From: Chloroflexota bacterium | Lineage (GTDB): Bacteria > Chloroflexota > Limnocylindria > P2-11E | Assembly (NCBI GenBank): GCA_016183435.1 | Contig: JACPEQ010000011.1 | Coordinates: 1 to 54,355, forward strand | Direction of reading: 5' to 3' | Length of the DNA: 54,355 bases | In this document: one piece after another, positions 11,833-20,306 of the stretch | How positions within the stretch are numbered: position 1 is the first letter of the stretch | Layout: each line of letters opens with the position of its first letter | Program-made: the position numbers and the translations under genes | The notes under the pieces: generated by a model | Told to the model about the DNA's origin: nothing | Databases searched by the model: none | Seen by the model: the letters and a program-made list of their open reading frames with translations, nothing else

Positions 11833-12942
11833 GTGATGGAGATCGTCGCCGCGTCCGCGCTCCTGTTCGCGGGTCTCGCGCTCGTCGCCGTTGCGCTCTT
11901 CGTGCGTCGCGGGCGGACGCACGACGACGCCGCGGCGGCCGGCAGCCGAACCGCCTTCGAGCTCCTCCAGGCGCAGGTCGCCGAGCTCACGCGCGCGACG
12001 ACGACGAGCGTGGGCGAGCTCCGCGGTGAGCTGCAGCGCACCCTCACGACGGCAGAGGAGCGCATGGGCACGCAGTCCGGCGCGACGCAGCGCGCGCTCA
12101 CGGATCTCGCGCGGCAGCTCGGTGAGCTCTCGGCGCGCAGCGAGCGGATCGGCGAACTCGCGCGCGAGGTCGGCTCGCTGCACGATCTGTTGAAGGTCCC
12201 GCAGCCGCGCGGCGGCTTCGGGGAGCTGATGCTCGAGCGGCTCCTCGCGGACAACCTGCCGGCCGGGGCGTTCGAGCTCCAGCACACCTTCCGAGACGGC
12301 CTGCGCGTCGACGCGATCGTGCGATCCGGCGGGCGCATCGTGCCGATCGACGCGAAGTTCCCGCTGGAGGCGTTCCAGGCGCTCCTCGCGGCGAAGACCG
12401 ATGACGAGCGCCGCTCGAAGCGAAGCGCGTTCCTGCAGCAGGTGAAGCGGCACGTGGACGCGGCGGGTCGGTACGTGCGACCGGAGGAATCCACGATCGA
12501 CTTGGCATTCATGTACGTGCCCTCCGAGCAGGTCTTCTATTCGGGCTTCGTCGTGCTGGAAGAGGGCGAGGACATGCGCGCCTACTGCGCGCAGCACCGA
12601 GTCGTTCCGGTGTCCCCGAACACGCTCGTCGCCTACCTGCACCTCGTCGCGCTCGGGCTGCGCGGACTCGCCATCGAGCAGCGCTCGCGCGAGATGCACG
12701 AGCAGATCCGCCGCGCGGCGCTCGAGCTCGACCGCTTCCGCGAGCTGTACGACCAGCTCGGGCGGCACGTGGAGAACGCGTCGAAGAAGTTCACCGAGTC
12801 GCTGCGCGCGCTCGACCGCGCGACCGACGCGGTTGAGACGCTCGGACAGACGCAGCTCGCCGCTCCCGCGCAGGGCACGCTCCCGCTGGAGATCGCGAAC
12901 GGCGCGACGCACGAGCGGCCGCGCGTCGGCACCGAGGTCTAG
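11833..12942 (+). CDS. rmuC: DNA recombination protein RmuC
   Basis: N-terminal TM helix, long coiled coil and a C-terminal nuclease-like block VDAIVRSGGRIVPIDAKFPLEAF typical of RmuC. Confidence 0.85.
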   Translation: MMEIVAASALLFAGLALVAVALFVRRGRTHDDAAAAGSRTAFELLQAQVAELTRATTTSVGELRGELQRTLTTAEERMGTQSGATQRALTDLARQLGELSARSERIGELAREVGSLHDLLKVPQPRGGFGELMLERLLADNLPAGAFELQHTFRDGLRVDAIVRSGGRIVPIDAKFPLEAFQALLAAKTDDERRSKRSAFLQQVKRHVDAAGRYVRPEESTIDLAFMYVPSEQVFYSGFVVLEEGEDMRAYCAQHRVVPVSPNTLVAYLHLVALGLRGLAIEQRSREMHEQIRRAALELDRFRELYDQLGRHVENASKKFTESLRALDRATDAVETLGQTQLAAPAQGTLPLEIANGATHERPRVGTEV

Positions 12943-12993
12943 GTCCTGGCGCGGCTCCTGGTCGTCGCGCTCGTCCTCGCCCTCGCCACGCTC

Positions 12994-13302
12994 GTGCTGA
13001 TCGTCCTCACGCAGGAGCCAGTGGGACCGGTCGTGATAGCGGCCATCGTCGCGATCGCGGTGGCCGTCGCGTCGGCGGCGAGCCTCCTGATGCTCCGCTT
13101 CGCCACCGCCGGCCGGAGCACGCGGGCGCGCTCGTCGCGGGCGCGGGCCCTGCGCCGCGGCGGCGAGCTCGGCGCGATCGTCGGCTTGATCGCAGCGCTC
13201 CAGGTCGTCGGCGGGCTCACGCCGCTCACGGTCCTCTTCATCGTCCTCTCCTTCGCGATCGCCGAGTACGTGCTCTCGGCGGGCGCCACTCCCTCGCGCT
13301 AG
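12994..13302 (+). CDS. Small hypothetical membrane protein
   Basis: 102 aa with two or three hydrophobic helices. The frame is open back to the rmuC stop and encodes another hydrophobic stretch (VLARLLVVALVLALATL) with no canonical start. Confidence 0.45.
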   Translation: MLIVLTQEPVGPVVIAAIVAIAVAVASAASLLMLRFATAGRSTRARSSRARALRRGGELGAIVGLIAALQVVGGLTPLTVLFIVLSFAIAEYVLSAGATPSR

Positions 13303-13381
13303 CGTCACCTCCATCAGCACCCTGCTCCTGCGTGGTGGCACGGTCATCGACGGGACCGGCGCGTCCCGCCGCGAGACGGAC

Positions 13382-14893
13382 GTGGCCGTGCGCGACGGGC
13401 GCATCGCCTCGATCGCGGTCGAGCTCAGCGCGAGCGGCGCGGATCGCGTCATCGACGCGCGCGGCATGGCCGTCGTCCCCGGCTTCATCGACATCCACTC
13501 CCACTCGGACGAGGCCATGTTCGTGAGCTCCGCGCTCGAGAGCGCAGTGCATCAGGGCGTCACCACGGTGGTGTGCGGGAACTGCGGCGGCGCGTCCGCA
13601 CCGGTGCTCGGGCTCGCCGCGTCGGAGCTGGACCGCGACCTGAGGCGGTACGACGTCGAGCGCACGTGGACGTCGTTCGGCGAGTACGCGCGCGCCGTCG
13701 AGCGCAGCGGCGCGTCGATCAACGTGTGCTCGTTCGTCGGCCACGGGACGCTCCGCATGTGCGTCATGGGCGCGGAGGCGCGCGAGGCCCGGGCGGGCGA
13801 GCTCGCGGCGATGAAGGCGCTGCTGGCGTCCTCGCTGAAGGAAGGCGCGATCGGGATGTCGACCGGCCTGATCTATCCGCCGAGCGCGTACGGGACGACC
13901 GACGAGATCGTGGCGCTCGCGTCGGTGGTGCGGGAGCACGGCGGGCTGTACGCGAGCCACATCCGGAACGAGGGCGATCGCCTCCTCGACGCCGTCGGGG
14001 AGGGGATCGAGATCGGCCGGCGCGCCGGCGTCCGCGTCCAGCTGTCGCACCACAAGGCATCCGGGAAGCGGAACTGGGGTCGCGTCAAGGACTCGACCGC
14101 TCTCGTCGAGCGGGCGCGCGCGGACGGATCCGACGTGACCGCCGACCAGTATCCGTACACCGCGTCGTCGACGGGGCTCGCGGTGACGATCCCGAACTGG
14201 GCGCACGAGGGCGGACCGCTCGCGATGGTCGAGCGCCTGCGGGACCCGACCGTGCGCGTGCGCATCCGCGACGAGTACGTCGAGACCGGGCGCGACTGGG
14301 ACGCCATCGTCATCGCCCGGGCGCAGAGGCATCCCGAGTGGAGCGGGACGAGCGTCGCGGCGCTCGCGGGCGCCGCCGAGCAGGATCCGCTCGAGTGGAC
14401 CTGCGACGCGCTCGTCGCGCACGACGGCGCCATCGACATCGTCCACCACAGCATGTGCGAGGACGACGTGCGGTACGTCATGGCGAAGGACTGGATCGCG
14501 ATCGGCAGCGACTCGCGCGCGAACGCTCCCTCCGGTCCGCTTTCGTTCGGGAAGCCGCACCCGCGGTCGTACGGAACGTTCCCGCGCGTGCTCGGCCGCT
14601 ACGCGCGCGACGAGCGGGTCGTGTCGCTGGAGGACGCGGTGCGGAAGATGACCTCGCTGCCGGCGTCGCGCCTGCGGCTGCGCGACCGCGGCGTCTTGCG
14701 CGAAGGCGCGGCGGCGGACGTGGTCGTCTTCGATCCCCAGGGCGTGGCCGATCGCGCGACGTACGACGATCCGCACCGGTACCCCGAGGGCCTCCCCTTC
14801 GTGATCGTGAACGGCGCGGTCGTCATCGACGCGGGAGAGGCGACCGCCGCGCGGCCGGGCCGGTTCCTGCGCCTGGGGGTCGACGCGGGATGA
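13382..14893 (+). CDS. D-aminoacylase (N-acyl-D-amino-acid / N-acyl-D-glutamate deacylase family amidohydrolase); N-terminus probably extends upstream
   Basis: FIDIHSHSD metal motif and the length and blocks of the D-aminoacylase family. The conserved N-terminal LLLRGGTVIDGTG is encoded in frame at 13322-13360, upstream of the first canonical start. Confidence 0.85.
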   Translation: MAVRDGRIASIAVELSASGADRVIDARGMAVVPGFIDIHSHSDEAMFVSSALESAVHQGVTTVVCGNCGGASAPVLGLAASELDRDLRRYDVERTWTSFGEYARAVERSGASINVCSFVGHGTLRMCVMGAEAREARAGELAAMKALLASSLKEGAIGMSTGLIYPPSAYGTTDEIVALASVVREHGGLYASHIRNEGDRLLDAVGEGIEIGRRAGVRVQLSHHKASGKRNWGRVKDSTALVERARADGSDVTADQYPYTASSTGLAVTIPNWAHEGGPLAMVERLRDPTVRVRIRDEYVETGRDWDAIVIARAQRHPEWSGTSVAALAGAAEQDPLEWTCDALVAHDGAIDIVHHSMCEDDVRYVMAKDWIAIGSDSRANAPSGPLSFGKPHPRSYGTFPRVLGRYARDERVVSLEDAVRKMTSLPASRLRLRDRGVLREGAAADVVVFDPQGVADRATYDDPHRYPEGLPFVIVNGAVVIDAGEATAARPGRFLRLGVDAG

Positions 14894-15969
14894 AGGTCGC
14901 GATCCTCGCCGCGGGCCTGTTCACGCGGATGACCGCCAAGACGGCGATCGGCGTCCTGCGCTACGCGCCGTATCCGGTCGTCGCCATCATCGATCCCGAT
15001 CGGGCGGGCACCGACGCCGCCGCTCACGTCGGTGTGGGCGCGGGGATCCCGGTCGTCGCCACGGTCGCCGACGCGGTCGCCCGCAGTGCCGACACCATCC
15101 TCATCGGGACGGCCGCGGCCGGCGGTCACATCGCCGACGCCGACCGGCCGTTCCTCGCGGACGCGCTCCGTCGCGGCCTCGAGGTGTGGAACGGCCTGCA
15201 CGAGCGCGTCCTCGACGATCCCGCGCTCCGCGCGGCGGCCGAAGCGGGCCGGGGCCGCGTCCGCGAAATGCGCGAGCCGCCCCGAGATCTCCCGATCGGC
15301 GGTCATCGCGCTCCGCGCGCGGGCGCGACGACCGTGCTCACGGTCGGCACCGACGCCGCCGTGGGCAAGATGACCGCGTCGCTCGAGATCGTCGCCGCGC
15401 TGCGGCGCGCGGGGCAGCACGCGGCCTTCGTCGCCACTGGACAGACCGGCATCGCCATCGCCGGGGAGGGGATCTCCGTCGATGCGGTCGTCGCGGACTT
15501 CATCGCCGGCGCGGCCGAGCGCATGGTCTGCGACGCTGCGGAGCAGGCGGACTGGGTGATCGTCGAAGGCCAGGGCTCGCTCACGCACCCGGGCTTCTCC
15601 GGCGTGACGCTCGGCCTGCTGCACGGGACCGGGCCGGACCTCATGGTCCTGTGCCACGACGCCGCGCGGCGGGTGATGAAGGGCTACGACGCGGAAGGCC
15701 TTCCGGTGCGCACGCTGCGGGAGTGCGTCGCGATCTACGAGGACGCAGCGTCGTGGCGGCGCGCCGCAGGCCATCCGCGCGCGCGCGTCGCCGCCGTCGC
15801 GCTGAACACCGTCGCGCTTGACGAGCGTGCGGCCTCGCGCGCCATCTTCGACGCGTCCGCCCTCACGGGCCTGCCCGCTGCGGACCCGATCCGCGAGGGC
15901 GCCGCCGGCGCGGACCGGCTGGCCACAGCGCTGATCGGAGCGCGCAGCGGCGAGCCGGCGCTGTCGTGA
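14890..15969 (+). CDS. DUF1611 domain protein (DgcN-like, putative D-glutamate N-acetyltransferase family)
   Basis: The start overlaps the previous stop (ATGA). Blocks VGTDAAVGKMT, ATGQTGIAI, DFIAGAAE and VEGQGSLTHPGFSGVTLGLLHG are characteristic of DUF1611. Confidence 0.8.
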   Translation: MKVAILAAGLFTRMTAKTAIGVLRYAPYPVVAIIDPDRAGTDAAAHVGVGAGIPVVATVADAVARSADTILIGTAAAGGHIADADRPFLADALRRGLEVWNGLHERVLDDPALRAAAEAGRGRVREMREPPRDLPIGGHRAPRAGATTVLTVGTDAAVGKMTASLEIVAALRRAGQHAAFVATGQTGIAIAGEGISVDAVVADFIAGAAERMVCDAAEQADWVIVEGQGSLTHPGFSGVTLGLLHGTGPDLMVLCHDAARRVMKGYDAEGLPVRTLRECVAIYEDAASWRRAAGHPRARVAAVALNTVALDERAASRAIFDASALTGLPAADPIREGAAGADRLATALIGARSGEPALS

Positions 15970-16988
15970 ACGCGACGATCCGCGCGGTCGACCTGCACCT
16001 CGAGGTGCCGTTCGCCATCTCGCGCGCGGTGCGCACCGAGAAGCGCGTCATCCTCGTGGAGCTCGACGAGGGCGGCGGCGTCTCCCGCGGCGAGGCGTGC
16101 CCCGACGCGTTCTTCGGCGAGAGCGCGGAGAGCGTCGAGCGCGACGTGCGCGACGCGCTCGCGCTGCTGCCGGATGACGCCAGCGATCTCGCGACGCTTC
16201 GAGTGCGCCTCGACGAGCGCTTCCCGCACGGAGGCGCGGCCGCGGCGGCGATCGACATCCTCGCGCACGACCGCGCGGCACAGGAGGCCGGCGTCCCGCT
16301 GCGGACGTTCCTCGGCCTCGCGCCGGCGGAGGCGCCTCCGACGTCGTTCACGCTCGGGATCGCCGAGCCGGAGGTGATGGGCCAGCGGGCCGAAGCCGCC
16401 GCCGCGAAAGGCTTCGGCGTGCTGAAGGTCAAGCTCGGGAAGGGGGACGACGTCGCGATCCTCTCGGCGGTCCGGTCGCGCTTCGGCGGCACGATCCGCG
16501 TGGATCCGAACGCGGCCTGGACCCCGCAGGAGTCGCCCGCGCGGATCGAGCGCATCGTTCCGTTCGGGATCGAGTTCGTCGAGCAGCCGGTGCCGCCCGA
16601 GGACATCGAGGGCCTGCGCTACGTCCGCGAGCGCTCGGCGCTGCCGATCGTCGCCGACGAGGCCGCCGTGCGGCTGCCCGACGTCGATCGTCTCGCGGGG
16701 GCGTGCGACGGCATCAACGTGAAGCTGCAGAAGTGCGGCGGCGTCGCCGAGGCGCGCGACATGGTCGCCCGCGCGCACGAGCTCGGCCTCAAAGTGATGC
16801 TCGGCTGCCGTGCCGCGGAGACGAGCGTCGGCATCGCCGCGGCCGCGCATCTCGCGCCCGCGGTCGAGTGGGCGGACCTCGACGGCAACCTCCTGATCGT
16901 CGACGACCCGTTCATCGCGGTGCCCGTCGAACGGGGCCGCTTCGTGTTCAGCGACCGTCCGGGCCTCGGCGCGATCCCGCGTTCATGA
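15966..16988 (+). CDS. Enolase-superfamily dipeptide epimerase / N-acyl amino acid racemase (DgcA-like)
   Basis: GTGA overlap with the previous gene. 340 aa with LKVKLG, RVDPNAAW, EQP and ADE metal/catalytic blocks of the MLE/dipeptide-epimerase subgroup. Confidence 0.8.
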   Translation: MNATIRAVDLHLEVPFAISRAVRTEKRVILVELDEGGGVSRGEACPDAFFGESAESVERDVRDALALLPDDASDLATLRVRLDERFPHGGAAAAAIDILAHDRAAQEAGVPLRTFLGLAPAEAPPTSFTLGIAEPEVMGQRAEAAAAKGFGVLKVKLGKGDDVAILSAVRSRFGGTIRVDPNAAWTPQESPARIERIVPFGIEFVEQPVPPEDIEGLRYVRERSALPIVADEAAVRLPDVDRLAGACDGINVKLQKCGGVAEARDMVARAHELGLKVMLGCRAAETSVGIAAAAHLAPAVEWADLDGNLLIVDDPFIAVPVERGRFVFSDRPGLGAIPRS

Positions 16989-17680
16989 CCGCTCCGCGAT
17001 GGACGGTCGCAGCGTTCGCGATCGCGCTCGCGGGGTGGGGCTTGGTCGCGCTCGCGATCTACTTCGCAGGCGGCGGAACGTATGCCGCCATCGCGCGCGA
17101 GAGCGGCTTCGCCGAGACGCAGTTCCTCTACCCGCCGGGGGACCCCGGAGCGCAGCCTCGACGCACCGATCTCACGAGTCTTCTGGAGTGGCACGAGCGC
17201 TGGACCGCGTACGTCCTGGGGCGTTCGGAAGATCCTCTGCTGAACGCGGAGGAGCCCGCGTTCACGGCCGATGAGGTGAGCCACATGGCCGACGTGCGCC
17301 GCGTGTTCATCGGGGCGCAGGCGCTGATGTACGCCTCCGCGGTCCTGGCGATCCTCCTCGTCGCGCTCGCGCTGCGGCGGGGCCGGCGTGCCGCGGCTCG
17401 GCTGCTGCGGAACGGCGCGCTCGCCGCGGGCGCGACCGTCCTGGTCGTCGGCGTCGCCGCCGCCGTCGCCTTCGAGCCGGCGTTCCTCGCCTTCCATTAC
17501 GTGTTGTTCCCGCAGGGCAACTTCCTGTTCGGGCCGGGCTCCAACCTCATCCGCCTGTATCCCGAGGCGTACTGGTACGCGGTCACGCTCAGGGTCGGCG
17601 CCGCGTTCGTGCTCATGACGGCCGTGATCGCCCTCATTGGATGGCTCATGTCGCGCTCCGGTATCGTCACGCGGCCATGA
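16985..17680 (+). CDS. TIGR01906/DUF1461 family integral membrane protein
   Basis: ATGA overlap. N-terminal TM helix, an extracytoplasmic segment with FTADEVSHMADVRRVF (E..H..DV motif), and three C-terminal TM helices. Confidence 0.7.
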   Translation: MTAPRWTVAAFAIALAGWGLVALAIYFAGGGTYAAIARESGFAETQFLYPPGDPGAQPRRTDLTSLLEWHERWTAYVLGRSEDPLLNAEEPAFTADEVSHMADVRRVFIGAQALMYASAVLAILLVALALRRGRRAAARLLRNGALAAGATVLVVGVAAAVAFEPAFLAFHYVLFPQGNFLFGPGSNLIRLYPEAYWYAVTLRVGAAFVLMTAVIALIGWLMSRSGIVTRP

Positions 17681-18783
17681 GGCGCGTTCTCGTCGTCGAG
17701 GATCTCCCCCAGGTCGCGGAGCACCTCAAGGGTCTGCTCGGGCGCGACCAGGAGATGCAGATCACCGGTGTCCAGACGCAGCCGGACGCGGCCGTCGCGC
17801 AGGCGACGACCGAGAAGCCGGAGATCGTCCTCGTCGACTACTTCCTGGGCGGCAAGGAGAACATCGGCCTCCAGGTCGCGAAGCGCATCCGCGCCGGTTC
17901 GCCGGGGACGCGGATCGTGATGATCACCGTGCCGCAGAAGCCGGTCACCCCCCGCCCGGAAGAGGGTATCGACGCGGTGTTCGTCCTGCCGGGCGGAGCG
18001 AACGAGATGGTGCAGGTCCTCGGCGGCGAGAAGCCGGGCGGGGGGGCCAAGGGCGGCGCGACCGCCGTGTACTCGCCCAAGGGCGGGTCGGGGAAGACGC
18101 TCATCGCCGTGAACCTCGCGACGGTCCTTCGCCGCCAGGGATCCTCCGTCGCCGTGATGGACGGGGTGATGCAGTTCGGCTCGGTGCGCCATCTCGTGCA
18201 GGTGCCTCCCGACGCGCGTTCGATCGTCGACCTGCCTCCGGGTGGCGCGATGAAGGGGGCCATGCCCGAGGCGCTGTGGGAAGGCCCGGCGGGCGTGCAC
18301 TATCTGCTCGCGCCGCCGCGGCCGGAGCAGGCTGACCTCGTCGCGGCCTCGGAGGTCCAGACCGCGGTCACGATCCTCTCGGAGACGCATGACCACGTCG
18401 TCGTCGACACGCCCAGCCGGCTCGGTGACGACGCGCTGGGGATCCTCGACGCGGCGAAGACCATCCTCCTCGTAGTGACGTACAGCGGGCCGGCGATCGC
18501 CACGGCGCGGGCGGCGATCGAGACGTTCGACATGCTCGGCTATCGGAAGCAGAAGCCGATCCTCGCGGTGATCTCGCAGTCGGACGAGACCGGCGGGCTG
18601 ACGCGCGGCGCCCTGGAGCATGCCCTCGGCCTGCCGGTCGCGGTGGAGATCCCGACGGATCGCAAGCTCGTCGCCGAATCACTGGCGCGGCAGGAGCCGT
18701 TCACGGTGGCGGCGCCGACGGCACCGATCTCCCAGGCGTTCGGCGCGCTCGCCACCGCGCTCGTCGCACAGCAGCGGAAGTGA
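17677..18783 (+). CDS. Response-regulator receiver domain fused to a CpaE/TadZ-like ParA/MinD-family ATPase
   Basis: ATGA overlap. Receiver fold with RVLVVEDL and IVLVDY, followed by the deviant Walker A YSPKGGSGKTLIAVNLA. Confidence 0.8.
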   Translation: MRRVLVVEDLPQVAEHLKGLLGRDQEMQITGVQTQPDAAVAQATTEKPEIVLVDYFLGGKENIGLQVAKRIRAGSPGTRIVMITVPQKPVTPRPEEGIDAVFVLPGGANEMVQVLGGEKPGGGAKGGATAVYSPKGGSGKTLIAVNLATVLRRQGSSVAVMDGVMQFGSVRHLVQVPPDARSIVDLPPGGAMKGAMPEALWEGPAGVHYLLAPPRPEQADLVAASEVQTAVTILSETHDHVVVDTPSRLGDDALGILDAAKTILLVVTYSGPAIATARAAIETFDMLGYRKQKPILAVISQSDETGGLTRGALEHALGLPVAVEIPTDRKLVAESLARQEPFTVAAPTAPISQAFGALATALVAQQRK

Positions 18784-19601
18784 GCGGGCCCGACCGACCC
18801 ATCGGGGTCTTCGACTCCGGTGTCGGCGGCCTCACGGTCCTCAAGGAGCTTCGCCGCCAGCTGCCGAACGAGTCGACGGTCTACCTCGGGGACGAGGCGC
18901 GCATGCCCTACGGCGAGCGCGAGGCCGCGGAGGTCGTGGAATTCACACGCAAAGCCGTGCAATGGTTCGAGCGCGAAGCACAGCCAAAGTTGATCCTCAT
19001 CGCGTGTAACACGGCGACGGCCGTCGCGCTCGAGATAGTGCGTGAGGAGTCATCCGTGCCGGTGATCGGCGTGATCCGTCCAGGTGCTTCGGCGGCGCTG
19101 ACCGCCACCTCCAGGCGAGCAGTTGGCGTCTTGGCCACGCGATTGACCGTGCGATCGGGCGCCTATTTCCGGGCACTGCGGGATCTCGACCCTCTGATCG
19201 ACGTCATCCAGCAGCCGGCGCCGAAGCTCGTGCCGCTGATCGAGGCCGGCGGCGCGCGGTCGGACGAGGCGCGCGCCGCGGTCCGTGAATACATCGCGCC
19301 GATGCTGAGCGAAGGCGCAGTAGTGGCGCCAGGTGTCGACACGATCCTTCTCGGCTGCACGCACTATCCGTTGGTAAGGTGGGCCATCGAGCAGATCACG
19401 GGCCCGGTCGTGCGCGTCGTCGACTCCGCGACCACGACAGCGCTTGCGGTGCGAGAGGTCCTGGACTCGCATCGTCTGCGTGCGACGGGAGACACGCCGA
19501 CCCAACGCGTTCACGCGACCGGCTCCTTGGACACGTTCGTGCAAGTCGCGCGCGCAATGTTCGGTCAGGCGACTGAGGTACATCCTGCGACTTTGTCCTA
19601 A
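18780..19601 (+). CDS. murI: Glutamate racemase (compositionally mosaic)
   Basis: IGVFDSGVGGLTVLKEL, ACNTA and GCTHYP catalytic blocks with a GTGA overlap. By hand count, GC drops from about 71% (18781-18880) to about 58% (18941-19040). Confidence 0.9.
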   Translation: MSGPDRPIGVFDSGVGGLTVLKELRRQLPNESTVYLGDEARMPYGEREAAEVVEFTRKAVQWFEREAQPKLILIACNTATAVALEIVREESSVPVIGVIRPGASAALTATSRRAVGVLATRLTVRSGAYFRALRDLDPLIDVIQQPAPKLVPLIEAGGARSDEARAAVREYIAPMLSEGAVVAPGVDTILLGCTHYPLVRWAIEQITGPVVRVVDSATTTALAVREVLDSHRLRATGDTPTQRVHATGSLDTFVQVARAMFGQATEVHPATLS

Positions 19602-20087
19602 GGCTCCCGCCTTCGAGATACTGGTTTCCCGAACTGGTGCGCCGTCGTCCTGGCTTCGGAGAAATTCCGAAGCTCAGGCCTTTCCACTCTCAGGTGGTCC
19701 ACGAAAGCCGGGTCAACTCCACTCCTATGCGGCCTCGCCTGTAGCGCGCCACACGCCGCCAGCTTCTGAGAACTGCTCCTCCTTGGTCCGGACATCGCGG
19801 GAACGATCGCATTGACAGCCAGGACAGTGGTAGTCCGCCGCCCGTACTCCGCTTGGCTGCGCTTGGCGCCAGAGCTCGAGGTTCTCCGGCCGGTTGTCGT
19901 CCCGACGCCCATTCTTGTGATGCACGCGCTCATTGGGCTCGAGGTAGCGTCCCTGGATGGAGTGGCAAGCGCCCGCGAGCGCGCTCGCGTTCTACGAACG
20001 CCTTGGTTTGAAGGGTGATGCCTGTCCCGATCCAGGTCACCCGTTCTTCGAGATCGACTTCGCTAGGACCGACAAGTCCCGTCCAGC
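19602..20087. mobile_element. Low-GC insertion remnant carrying a decayed HNH endonuclease gene
   Basis: About 59% GC (19601-19700, hand count). It lies between intact murI and a displaced native murI 3' fragment. Hairpin gcttcgga-gaaat-tccgaagc at about 19653-19675. Confidence 0.55.
19725..20060 (-). pseudogene. HNH endonuclease, truncated and frameshifted
   Basis: Minus-strand translation ACHSIQGRYLEPNERVHHKNGRRDDNRPENLELWRQAQPSG matches the HNH core. The frame is closed by TAG at 19992-19994 with no start, and the upstream part (..TKAFVERERARG) is in another frame. Confidence 0.7.
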
Positions 20088-20306
20088 GTGAAGCCGCCAG
20101 GTGCGCCGAAGCTCGTCCCGCTCATCGAGGCCGTCGGTGCGAGGTCGGAAGAGGCTCGCGAGGTGCTGGACTCGCACGGCCTGCGCGCGCTCGGCGGCAT
20201 GGCGACACATGAGGTGTTCGCCACGGGGGAAGGCCGCCGCTTCCGGGAGATCGCGAAGACGATGTTCCGCGAGGACGTGATCGTGAACGAGGCGGTCCTC
20301 GCGTGA
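20088..20306 (+). pseudogene. Displaced native 3' fragment of murI with an internal deletion
   Basis: APKLVPLIEAVGARSEEAR joined directly to EVLDSHGLRA..ATG....F..IAKTMF parallels murI residues APKLVPLIEAGGARSDEAR ... EVLDSHRLRA..ATG. It has host-like high GC, and its TGA overlaps the ychF GTG (GTGA). Confidence 0.75.
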
